A stretch of 64,000 nucleotides of DNA, taken from positions 64,428 to 128,427 of the forward strand of contig CAJLLX010000001.1 of the NCBI GenBank assembly GCA_905207535.1, read 5' to 3'. The translations under genes were made by a program, and so were the position numbers. Under the pieces are notes generated by a model that searched no databases, had not been told where the DNA came from, and saw only the letters and a list, made by a program, of their open reading frames with translations. Shown here in pieces: positions 18,938 to 27,745 of the stretch (position 1 is its first letter; every line of letters begins with the position of its first letter). The DNA is from an uncultured Muribaculaceae bacterium. Its GTDB lineage: Bacteria > Bacteroidota > Bacteroidia > Bacteroidales > Muribaculaceae.

Positions 18938-20236
18938 TTATTGTCGGTTGAGAGCACGGTTGAGCGCGCTGAGATTTGGCGGGATCTTCACCAGGTTGGC
19001 CGGATGGCGATGGGGCAGTTCTACAGCATGGATTTGCGGGATTTTATTGCCGAAGACAGTGCGGAGAGCCTCGTCGGATTTGCAGGGGTCAGCACTGGCC
19101 AGGGCCACGCCTACATATCCCTCGGGAAGATGACGGTCGATAGCACGGAGCGCCGTGGCACTCTGTGGATCTACGATATATCCGTATCGGTCATAAGTAT
19201 CGCGCATGGTTTGTGCTATTTCTTCATCATTATAGGAGTACCCGTCGACACGTCCCCTGAGCTTCGCAGTGTCTCCCTTGTATAGGTCGATGATGCGTGC
19301 GATATTCGAGGGGTTGCCCACATCCATGGCGCGCGCGAGAGTGAGCAGCGCGCGCTGAGGCCGGAATCCTCCGGTTTTCAGATATTCAACAAATACATCG
19401 TTGGCATTGTTGGCCGCGAAAAATTTTTCTACGGGGAGTCCCATCTCTTTTGCCATCAAAGCAGCGCAGAAGCTGCCGAGATTGCCGCACGGGATGGAGA
19501 TGATCGAGCGACAATCCACACCGTGGCGCTCGACAATGCGGGCGTAGGTGTGGAAGAAATATATCAAAGAGGGGAGTTCTCTTGCCAGATTGATGGAATT
19601 GCCGGAGGTAAGCACTGTGTTGTGCGAGCCGCTGCCGGTGCGCAGTGCCTCCTTCACCAAGTGCTGGCAGTCGTCGAAGCTGCCTTCTACCTCGATGGCA
19701 AGGACATTGCGGATGCCTAAAAACTGGGATAGCTGTTCACGGCTGAGTTCGCCACCCGGGAAAACCACGCACACGCGGGTGTTGGGCGATTTGGCGAACG
19801 CATTGGCCACGGCACCGCCGCTGTCGCCCGAAGTGGCAAGAAGTATGTCATGTTTGACACGTTTCCCGGCATCGAAGGCATCCATAAGATAGGCCATGAA
19901 TCGCGCACCTACGTCCTTAAACGACTTTGTGGGGCCATGAAACAGCTCGAGAACATATTTATTGGGCGCGAGCTGTCTGAGGGGAATGTCGAAATTGAGC
20001 GCATTGCTTACAATACGCTTTAACACGGTGGAAGAGAGGATGTCGCCGAAGAGCATATTCATTACCACAAATGCAATATCGTGGAGCGACATCTCGGCGA
20101 TATTGTTGAAAAAAGCCTTGGGCAGACGTGGCAGTTCATCGGGCATATACAGGCCTCCATCGGGAGCAATCCCGTTGGTAATACCTTGGGAAAGAGAGAC
20201 TTTTGAAGATTGACCATTCGTACTGTGAAGCATCAT
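18938..20236 (-). CDS. thrC: Threonine synthase-like protein (divergent)
   Basis: Motifs GIAPDGGLYMP, LELFHGPTKSFKD, ATSGD and NSIN; several other motifs deviate from consensus. Confidence 0.8.
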   Translation of the reverse strand: MMLHSTNGQSSKVSLSQGITNGIAPDGGLYMPDELPRLPKAFFNNIAEMSLHDIAFVVMNMLFGDILSSTVLKRIVSNALNFDIPLRQLAPNKYVLELFHGPTKSFKDVGARFMAYLMDAFDAGKRVKHDILLATSGDSGGAVANAFAKSPNTRVCVVFPGGELSREQLSQFLGIRNVLAIEVEGSFDDCQHLVKEALRTGSGSHNTVLTSGNSINLARELPSLIYFFHTYARIVERHGVDCRSIISIPCGNLGSFCAALMAKEMGLPVEKFFAANNANDVFVEYLKTGGFRPQRALLTLARAMDVGNPSNIARIIDLYKGDTAKLRGRVDGYSYNDEEIAQTMRDTYDRYGYIVDPQSATALRAIDRHLPEGYVGVALASADPCKSDEALRTVFGNKIPQIHAVELPHRHPANLVKIPPNLSALNRALNRQ

Positions 20237-20590
20237 ATCTCTACAAACTTATTTGAGCAATACAATACCAAACAAAAATTGAGCCAAACCTTGACATCAT
20301 AGATATCGCAATGATAGATTTCGGCCTATTTACTTAGCAAAGATAATAAATTATTAGAATATTTGGCTCGGCTTCCGGTATGTTATAAATCATAGTTATT
20401 AGATTATCTGGCCGCGACAGAGCAGGATTAGATCGGGACAGATAGCGGAAAGGACACAACGTGAAGTGAGCAATATCAATGCCTTAGCCGGCAGCATCAG
20501 TTGGATAAGATTAATCGAATCAGCGTATGCAGCAGTTTCACGGAGCTATGGTCGCAATATCTGAGATATAAAAGGATAGTGGCAATAGAG

Positions 20591-20760
20591 TGTAAAGTTG
20601 CAAAAGAATTATAATAAACTCATATGGCGCAGTTGCAAAAAGATTAAAATGGAGATTTGGCGCAGTTGCAAAAAGATTAAAATGGAGATTTGGCGCAGTT
20701 GCAAAAGAGTAAAATGGAGATCTGGAGCAGTTTCAAAAGAATATAATAAGGAAATATGGC
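20591..20760. repeat. Tandem repeat, ~33-bp unit, about 5 copies
   Basis: TGGCGCAGTTGCAAAAAGATTAAAATGGAGATT is exact at 20625 and 20658, near-exact at 20691, and degenerate at 20591 and 20723. Confidence 0.95.
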
Positions 20761-20836
20761 GGTAAGGTTTCTGCTGATGAGGGGAGGAGTAATAAGTAAT
20801 GAACAGGGGAGGCCGGTCACTATAAAGACTGACTCT

Positions 20837-20864
20837 ATTTTACATAACGCTCATTCTACAACAA
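20837..20864 (-). other. dif-like XerC/XerD chromosome dimer resolution site
   Basis: The minus strand reads TTGTTGTAGAA-TGAGCG-TTATGTAAAAT (11-6-11). The XerD arm is 10/11 identical to both the E. coli and B. subtilis arms. It lies at the strand-skew switch. Confidence 0.8.
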
Positions 20865-21142
20865 TTCTTTCAGTCTCAAACGAGAGCGGTAAGAGGGTTC
20901 TCAATACACAATTTTGAGGCCACGGCAAGAATCGTTTTGTTATTCAGTAGCTATTTCCGACGGGGAATATAACATCGAGAGAAACGGTATGTGCAACACT
21001 CCCGGAATTTTCTACGGCCCACAGAGGCATCAAAAGTATGAGCAAGCTGCATCTCTGAACAATTTTTTAAACGTGCCGAGTTTCTTCCGCAGAATATGCA
21101 AGGGAATCATGTAAAGTTCTCCAGGAGTATCTTCGTACTTCG

Positions 21143-21266
21143 GGGTAATGATGTCATGATATAAAGTGTCAACGATCTGCTGATACATGGTGTCAATGAG
21201 GAGCCGTTATAAAGTGTCAACGATCTGCTGATACATGATGTCAACGATCTCATGATACATGATGAC
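21143..21266. repeat. Tandem repeat, 24-bp period, TGTCAA core
   Basis: TGTCAA occurs at 21167, 21191, 21215 and 21239; unit TGTCAACGATCTGCTGATACATGA and variants. Confidence 0.92.
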
Positions 21267-21848
21267 ACCTTAGAAAGAGAAGAAGAGGCCACGGAGATGT
21301 CAATGACGATAATAAGCAGCTTATATGATGCATGTCGATAAAAGCGGGAAATCGTAACAGAAAATTAAGGCGTCGACAATTCGATATTTCGAACGAGACT
21401 TGGCCATCGGTCGAGATTTGCAAAATTTCGGGCCCTAAAACCGACTAATTTCGGCTAATAATAGCGGCGATTAGAGCAAGGGAAATAAAAGCTAAATATG
21501 TTTAAATCAAAAGATAAACTCATGCGTGGAGCGTTATAATAGTACACACCGACAAGAAAATAATCATTTGAAAAGAGTTTCTCAAATTATTTCGATTTAG
21601 ATATTCAAAGGGATAATGGTGCAATTGAGAACAGTACGAATGAATATTTAAATTACGAATTTAGATTCTAATACTTTTGGTTGGTTTTAGTAAATTGCGA
21701 ATTGCAAATCTTGAATCGAGGCGATATTTACAAGATTAAATTCTCATTTACTACTTATTTTAAACTCCCGGTAAAGTACCTCACAAGCCTCGGAAAGTAA
21801 CAATTTACATTTCATTTTCCCTATTTCAAATCCTTTTGCAGTTGTTAA

Positions 21849-21887
21849 TTTGGGTCAAAAATTACGCTCAGTAATTTTTAACTCAAA
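21849..21887. promoter_or_regulatory. Operator-like palindrome
   Basis: AAAAATTAC-GCTCA-GTAATTTTT at 21857-21879, with imperfect outward extension. Confidence 0.4.
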
Positions 21888-22176
21888 ATATAATGCGCTA
21901 ATACTCATACTATTTATAATTAAATCTTAAAGTAAAAATCTACAGACAACCTCTACAGACGGCTTTTGCTGCATCTGGAATTGTTTTCAATCATGAAACA
22001 ATGTGAAAATGTGATAAATAGCGCAATCTTATTAAAGCGCAGGTGTTAATAAACACCGCTCCCCTCTCCCGTCTTTCAGACGCCAGTTGGAGATCTTTAG
22101 TCAGCTCAGATAACATTTGAGAATTTTTATGTGTTTGTGAATGTAATTAATGCAAAATTGCAAATGCAACAATAAA

Positions 22177-22208
22177 TTTGCAATTTACAAATTAATTAAT
22201 TACATTTG
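22177..22208 (+). promoter_or_regulatory. Consensus sigma-A promoter of the HTH gene
   Basis: TTTG-N20-TACATTTG. Confidence 0.75.
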
Positions 22209-22251
22209 CACTCAGAAAATTCTCAAAGATAAATAGAAGATATACTCGATT

Positions 22252-23001
22252 ATGGATCTCGTCGCCCGTTTAAAGCTCTATATGGAGTCGGAAGGCATTG
22301 CTATCTCGCAGTTTGCCGACACATGTTCCATACCCCGCCCCACAATGTCACAGATACTCAACGGCAGGAACAAAAAGATCTCCGACGAACTGATAAGCAA
22401 GATTCATCAGGCTTATTCCAATCTTTCCGTGCTGTGGCTGATGTTTGGCGAGGGAGATATGACGGTGACGGGAGATACGCAATTCTCAAAGCCTCAAAAT
22501 GCGTCTTTTGGCGGCACTTCGGAGCGGTTTGTGCCTAATAATAAGGCAGATATGACAGCCGGAGTTGCTTCGGCATCGGGCGGCATTTTTGATCCGGAAA
22601 AGTCGGACGACCGAAATTCCGGCAATTTTGATGAATTTCGCATCAACGATACCCCTGCCGGATCGCAGGATGACCCGCGCAACGGCGCAAGCCGCGGCAC
22701 AGCATCCGGCAAACGGCCTTCCGACTCGCTGATTGATTTCGACTCCTTCAACGATGGCCTGCAGGGATCATCTCCGGCCACCGACTCGCCCCGAGCCGAG
22801 TATAGCACTTACGAAACTTCAGCTGCCGCATCAGTGCGCCAATCCCCTGCCGACAACTCCGGCGCCCAGAACGAGGCCGAGGTCTCTGCGTTGCCTCCGA
22901 GGAGCATCAACCTGCTCACTCCCTCCGACAAACGCATCACCAATATTGTGGTATTTTATTCCGACAACTCTTTCCAGTCGTTTTATCCGGCCATGAAGTA
23001 A
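22252..23001 (+). CDS. XRE-family HTH protein with long disordered linker and short C-terminal beta motif
   Basis: HTH segment ISQFADTCSIPRPTMSQILNGRNK...WLMFGEGDM, an S/D/G/P-rich middle, and end KRITNIVVFYSDNSFQSFYP. Confidence 0.85.
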   Translation: MDLVARLKLYMESEGIAISQFADTCSIPRPTMSQILNGRNKKISDELISKIHQAYSNLSVLWLMFGEGDMTVTGDTQFSKPQNASFGGTSERFVPNNKADMTAGVASASGGIFDPEKSDDRNSGNFDEFRINDTPAGSQDDPRNGASRGTASGKRPSDSLIDFDSFNDGLQGSSPATDSPRAEYSTYETSAAASVRQSPADNSGAQNEAEVSALPPRSINLLTPSDKRITNIVVFYSDNSFQSFYPAMK

Positions 23002-23129
23002 AAAAACGGTGCCGGGATGCATCGCGTTTCCAATAAATTTTCGTAATTTCGTGCTGTCCTATGGCCACTGCCTTGCAGGAGGTGGTCCCCGACGTATGTC
23101 AAATATCAATAGCACTCTAATATATAGGT

Positions 23130-23753
23130 ATGCTTATTATTGGAATAGCCGGAGGCACCGGATCCGGCAAGACTACGGTAGTAAATAAAATCATCTCCTC
23201 GTTTCCTACCGGCGAGGTGGCCGTGATACCTCAGGATTCCTACTATAAGGATCTGTCGCACATCCCGCCCGAGGAGCGAAGCAAAATCAACTTTGACGAA
23301 CCCAATGCTATTGAATGGCCGTTGCTCGTGGAGCATCTCAACCGCCTCAAAGACGGCCAATCGATAGAGATGCCTACCTATTCATATCTCACCTGCACCC
23401 GCCAGAAAGAGACCGTGCATGTCGATCCCTGCGACGTGGTGATCGTAGAGGGCATCCTTGTGCTCACCGACCCCAGCATCCGCCAGATGATGGATGTGAA
23501 ATGTTTTGTCGACGCTGATCCCGACGATCGCCTTATCCGCGTCATAGCTCGCGACTGCATAGAGCGCGGACGCACACCCCAGATGGTCATCGACCGTTAT
23601 CAGGATGTGCTCAAACCCATGCACTGCCTCTACATCGAGCCGTCGAAGCGTTTCGCCGACCTCATCATACCTCAGGGAGGCAAAAACGCCGTAGCCATAG
23701 GACTGCTCACCGACTATATCGACGGCCAGCTGCGCCGCTCATGCCGGCAATGA
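23130..23753 (+). CDS. udk: Uridine kinase
   Basis: Motifs [25 protein letters not shown] and RDCIERGR. Confidence 0.95.
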   Translation: MLIIGIAGGTGSGKTTVVNKIISSFPTGEVAVIPQDSYYKDLSHIPPEERSKINFDEPNAIEWPLLVEHLNRLKDGQSIEMPTYSYLTCTRQKETVHVDPCDVVIVEGILVLTDPSIRQMMDVKCFVDADPDDRLIRVIARDCIERGRTPQMVIDRYQDVLKPMHCLYIEPSKRFADLIIPQGGKNAVAIGLLTDYIDGQLRRSCRQ

Positions 23754-23778
23754 TCCCATCCAACAGCACATCACACCT

Positions 23779-24585
23779 ATGACCGATACAGAGAATACAC
23801 CCGCCGTAGAAGACAATGCCACGCCGCCCCACGGTACACCCGAGAAGATGGTGCTTCGCACCGAAAATCTGGTAAAGAAATACCGTCAGCGCACCGTGGT
23901 CAACCACGTGTCTATCGATGTCACACAGGGCGAGATCGTAGGTCTGCTTGGCCCAAACGGAGCCGGCAAGACCACCACCTTCTACATGACCACCGGACTT
24001 ATCACCCCTAACGAGGGGCAGATCTTTCTCAACGACCGCAACATCACCAAATATCCCGTTTACCGCCGCGCACAGAACGGCATCGGATATCTTGCCCAGG
24101 AGGCCTCGGTTTTCCGCAAGATGACGGTGGAAAACAATATCCGGTCGATCCTCGAGATGACCGATATGACTAAGGAGGAGCAGCGCGAGAAGCTCGAGAG
24201 CCTCATCGCCGAGTTTCGCCTTGAGAAGGTGCGCAAGAACCTCGGCGACCGTCTCTCCGGAGGCGAGCGCCGACGCACCGAGATTGCACGTTGCCTCGCG
24301 ATCAATCCTAAGTTCATCATGCTCGACGAGCCTTTCGCCGGCGTCGATCCTATCGCCGTGGAGGATATCCAGGAGGTGGTTTATAAGCTGAAAGCAAAAA
24401 ACATCGGCATTCTCATCACTGACCATAACGCCCAGGAGACGCTTCGCATCACTGACCGAGCCTACCTCCTGTTCGAGGGTAAGATCCTCTTCCAGGGCAC
24501 GTCGGAGGAGTTGGCCGCCAACCCCATCGTGCGTGAGAAATACCTCGGGCGCAACTTCATCTTCCACCGTAAGAAATTCAACTGA
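23779..24585 (+). CDS. lptB: LPS export ABC transporter ATP-binding protein
   Basis: Motifs [31 protein letters not shown] and [10 protein letters not shown]. Confidence 0.95.
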   Translation: MTDTENTPAVEDNATPPHGTPEKMVLRTENLVKKYRQRTVVNHVSIDVTQGEIVGLLGPNGAGKTTTFYMTTGLITPNEGQIFLNDRNITKYPVYRRAQNGIGYLAQEASVFRKMTVENNIRSILEMTDMTKEEQREKLESLIAEFRLEKVRKNLGDRLSGGERRRTEIARCLAINPKFIMLDEPFAGVDPIAVEDIQEVVYKLKAKNIGILITDHNAQETLRITDRAYLLFEGKILFQGTSEELAANPIVREKYLGRNFIFHRKKFN

Positions 24586-24653
24586 CATCGACTTGTGCCT
24601 GACACAGCGCTCCCCTTCCCGGTGGCTGCTTTTTGGGCGCGACATAGCTACAG

Positions 24654-24705
24654 CATCAAGGCGCTTGGCGTTGACCTATACAGTCAATCACCAAGCGCCT
24701 TGATG
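24654..24705. terminator. Long hairpin between convergent lptB and CPBP genes
   Basis: 15-bp arms CATCAAGGCGCTTGG / CCAAGCGCCTTGATG plus inner stem TTGAC/GTCAA. Confidence 0.65.
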
Positions 24706-24723
24706 TATTTCATTAGTCTTGAG

Positions 24724-25626
24724 TTATCGCTTCGCTTTGCAAGTGCGGTAGAGCATCGTCATCACAGCCACAGTTAGCACGAGGCTTACTGCCACGGTGA
24801 TTATCCCGCTCCACGTAGTCAGGTCGGTTCCTATCTTATCAATATCAAGCGTGTCGCCGGGGGCGTTGGCCGTTCGCCATGTGTTGTAGACCACTACCGA
24901 GTTGTTGAACACATGCACGAAGATCGGGAGCCACAGCGAGCGGCTCCACCACAGCAGGTATCCGAAATATGCACCCAACAGCACTCGCGGCACAAAGCCG
25001 AAAAACTGAAAGTGGAGCATGCTGAAGATGATTGCCACCAGCCACACGGCCACATGCCCGTTGACCTTAGTGCACATGATAATGCGCTGCATGGCGCCGC
25101 GGAAAAACAGCTCTTCACTGAATCCGGCCAGCACTCCTATGATTAATATCGACACCACGAGCGACCCTATGCCGGCCCCCTCCATAAGTGTATTGATAGT
25201 ATTCGCGGCCGCATCTTCCATGTTTCGCAACTGGCTCTCTATGGCTGCCATGCTCTCGGGAAGATGCAGATTGTTGTTCCACTCCACCACAAGGTTCATG
25301 GCAGGCATTGATACCAACAGCGCCAATATGCTCAATACGGTGACTATCACGCCGGGTGCACGGTCTACGGCGAGGAGTTTGGCCGGTAGCCTGGTCGCCA
25401 GTAGTGCCGCCGGCAGCGCCGGAAGGATGAATACAAATACATCCTGAATCACCATGCTGATGCGCACGAGAGCCTCATATTTCATCCCTGTTTTGCCTAA
25501 AAGCCCGGTGATCACCGGCACGAGAATCAGAAAGAAAGCGAAACTCGCCGCGAGTATCATCAGCGCGAGAGCCGGGCTCGAGATGCGCATACCTGAAGCC
25601 GGCAATTTTTGGTTCATTCCATCCAT
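24724..25626 (-). CDS. CPBP (CAAX/Abi) family intramembrane metalloprotease
   Basis: Motifs EELFFRG, FSMLH and HVFNN; multiple TM segments. Confidence 0.92.
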   Translation of the reverse strand: MDGMNQKLPASGMRISSPALALMILAASFAFFLILVPVITGLLGKTGMKYEALVRISMVIQDVFVFILPALPAALLATRLPAKLLAVDRAPGVIVTVLSILALLVSMPAMNLVVEWNNNLHLPESMAAIESQLRNMEDAAANTINTLMEGAGIGSLVVSILIIGVLAGFSEELFFRGAMQRIIMCTKVNGHVAVWLVAIIFSMLHFQFFGFVPRVLLGAYFGYLLWWSRSLWLPIFVHVFNNSVVVYNTWRTANAPGDTLDIDKIGTDLTTWSGIITVAVSLVLTVAVMTMLYRTCKAKR

Positions 25627-25674
25627 TTTTTTATTTCGTTGCAATTTGTTTTTCGTATATCAGTTCTATCTCTT

Positions 25675-26430
25675 TTAGAACTTTAGATAAAAATCTTTTG
25701 TCAACTCTCTGTACCCGGCAGAGAAATCTCCTCCGTCGTCATGGATATAGAGTTGACTATCCTCCACCATCGCCGGATATCCGTCGGCTCTGTCCTTGAT
25801 AAATTCGAGCAGGATCCTGCGGAATGGCTTCCTTTTCACTGTGCCCACAGCGCATTGCCGCACGCACTGCAGCCCATGGAGCGAGGCTTCGAACATTATC
25901 CCGGCAAGCTCCTCAAAGGGAGCCACCAGGGCCATCCTGCCGCCGGGCTTCAGTAGCTTTGACGCCCCCGAGAGGAACGAAGAGAAATTCAGGCCACCCA
26001 CATGCCGGGCCGTGCGCCTTGCTTCGTCGGGCGACAAAGCACCGTTGGTGAAAAATGGCGGATTGGATACGATGAAGTCGTAACTTACCTCCGTAGCCCT
26101 TTCTGCCATGATGCAGAAATCCTCTTTCACCACCTCAAGCCTCTCTGCCCATGGCGACCGACTGAAATTTATGCCGGCCTCCACCACTGCATCGTCATCT
26201 ATATCTATGCCGGTGACCTTCAGCTGCGGGAAACGCTGCGCCATCATCAGGGCTATCAACCCCGATCCGGTGCCGACATCGAGCATGCTTCCCGATGCAT
26301 CGGCCGCCACTCCGCCGAAGGCCCATGAGCCGATAAGCACCCCGTCGGTGCCTACCTTCATGCCGCATCGGTCGTTGAGCACGTCAAACTGCTTGAAGCG
26401 GAATATCCTTTCTCGGTCAGCGTTTCTCAT
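25675..26430 (-). CDS. tRNA1(Val) A37 N6-methyltransferase (YfiC-like)
   Basis: Motifs FRFKQF, MKVGTDGVL, LDVGTGSG and SNPPFF. Confidence 0.92.
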   Translation of the reverse strand: MRNADRERIFRFKQFDVLNDRCGMKVGTDGVLIGSWAFGGVAADASGSMLDVGTGSGLIALMMAQRFPQLKVTGIDIDDDAVVEAGINFSRSPWAERLEVVKEDFCIMAERATEVSYDFIVSNPPFFTNGALSPDEARRTARHVGGLNFSSFLSGASKLLKPGGRMALVAPFEELAGIMFEASLHGLQCVRQCAVGTVKRKPFRRILLEFIKDRADGYPAMVEDSQLYIHDDGGDFSAGYRELTKDFYLKF

Positions 26431-26597
26431 TAAATCATTTTTTTACTTTTCCCATCCGGCGTACCTGCCGTCGAATGGCGCGGAAGCATCTTCAGGCGCT
26501 TTGCCGGGACAAAATTACAATAAAAATACCAAAGTGCGGCATATATCCGGCATCTCTCCATGCATCATAAAAATAATACGAACCATACGTCAGATTT

Positions 26598-26628
26598 TTT
26601 GTTGTTTTAACAAAAGCATTTAACTTTG
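26598..26628 (+). promoter_or_regulatory. Sigma-A promoter of yihA
   Basis: TTTG-N19-TAACTTTG. Confidence 0.7.
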
Positions 26629-26696
26629 CAGATGGCATCTGCGCGGTCCCTTCCGCCCGATAGTGCCTTTTATTCGCTAATTCCGCACGCAACTAT

Positions 26697-27299
26697 ATGA
26701 TAGTCAACACAGCACGCTTCGTCATAAGCAACACCGACGTTCGCAAATGTCCCCCCGACATGCGCCATGAATTTGCATTTATCGGCCGCTCCAACGTAGG
26801 CAAATCGTCGCTCATCAATATGCTCACTGGCAAGAAAGGATTGGCAATGACCTCCTCTACCCCGGGGAAAACACTGCTTATCAATCATTTCCTTGTCAAT
26901 GAGCAGTGGTATCTCGTCGATCTGCCCGGCTACGGATACGCCAAGCGAAGCCAGGCCGACCGCAAGGAGATACTTCGCATCATCCGCGAGTATATCCTCA
27001 ATCGTCAGCAGATGACCAATCTATTTTTGCTTATCGACGGACGCCACAAACCGCAGAAGATCGACCTCGACTTCATGCAGTGGCTGGGCGAAAACCAGGT
27101 GCCTTTCAGCATCGTCTTCACCAAACTTGACAAACTCAGCAGCACGGCTGCCAAAGCTGCCACCGGAGCCTACTGCTCCCAGCTGCTCGAGATGTGGGAA
27201 GAGTTGCCACCGGTGTTCCGCACTTCGTCGGTCGACAAGCGCGGCCGCGACCAGATCCTTGATTATATCGAAGAGCTCTGTCAGTTGCCTCTGGAGTGA
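26697..27299 (+). CDS. yihA: Ribosome biogenesis GTPase YihA/YsxC/EngB
   Basis: Motifs [20 protein letters not shown] and TKLDK. Confidence 0.96.
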   Translation: MIVNTARFVISNTDVRKCPPDMRHEFAFIGRSNVGKSSLINMLTGKKGLAMTSSTPGKTLLINHFLVNEQWYLVDLPGYGYAKRSQADRKEILRIIREYILNRQQMTNLFLLIDGRHKPQKIDLDFMQWLGENQVPFSIVFTKLDKLSSTAAKAATGAYCSQLLEMWEELPPVFRTSSVDKRGRDQILDYIEELCQLPLE

Positions 27300-27374
27300 C
27301 ACGGCTTGCCATGTCAAGTCTCCCGCCTGATTGACAACCCTTTGCGCAGGGTAATCCTCCCCTCTTAGAATGTA

Positions 27375-27426
27375 AAAAAGAAGCTGCTCACGGCACACAT
27401 CTTGTGCACGGGAGCAGCTTCTTTTT
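27375..27426. terminator. Bidirectional intrinsic terminator
   Basis: AAAAAGAAGCTGCTC / GAGCAGCTTCTTTTT, with A and T tails. Confidence 0.75.
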
Positions 27427-27745
27427 GCTTACTTCAAATAAGCTAAGTACGATCCAGAAGCATCATACTTATGATTCATAATAAAAGCATTTTTCTTCAA
27501 CCGGAAAGCATAAAGGTTAATAGCCGAAATAATTTCCCCGCACTACCCCGTAATAAGCAAGCTGTGAAGAAAGCGGGGAGCATGTGCAAATACAACATGT
27601 ATGTGCGGGGAAAATATATTCTTTGTCAGACTATTATCAGATAATGCTGTTCTAAGGTGAAATCGGTGGCTTAATCACCGAGGGATCCAATCCGTTTGCA
27701 TTGCAACTTCATAAGGAACGATCCCATTCACGCGCAACTTCCGAT

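Noticed and set aside
20591..21266. CRISPR arrays
   Set aside because: The repeats are head-to-tail without unique spacers, and there are no cas genes in the window.
20914..21292. Small ORFs of 66 aa (+) and 61 aa (-) in the gene desert
   Set aside because: Both have non-ATG starts and no recognisable motifs. The second is simply a translation of the 24-bp repeat.
21891..21940. Second dif-like site (TTTATAA...TTAAAGTAAAA)
   Set aside because: The XerD arm lacks TTATG and the arm spacing is off; AT richness explains the match.
20237..22251. oriC
   Set aside because: The region is AT-rich and gene-free, but I saw no DnaA-box cluster. The skew direction and gene orientation converge, and a dif-like site is present.
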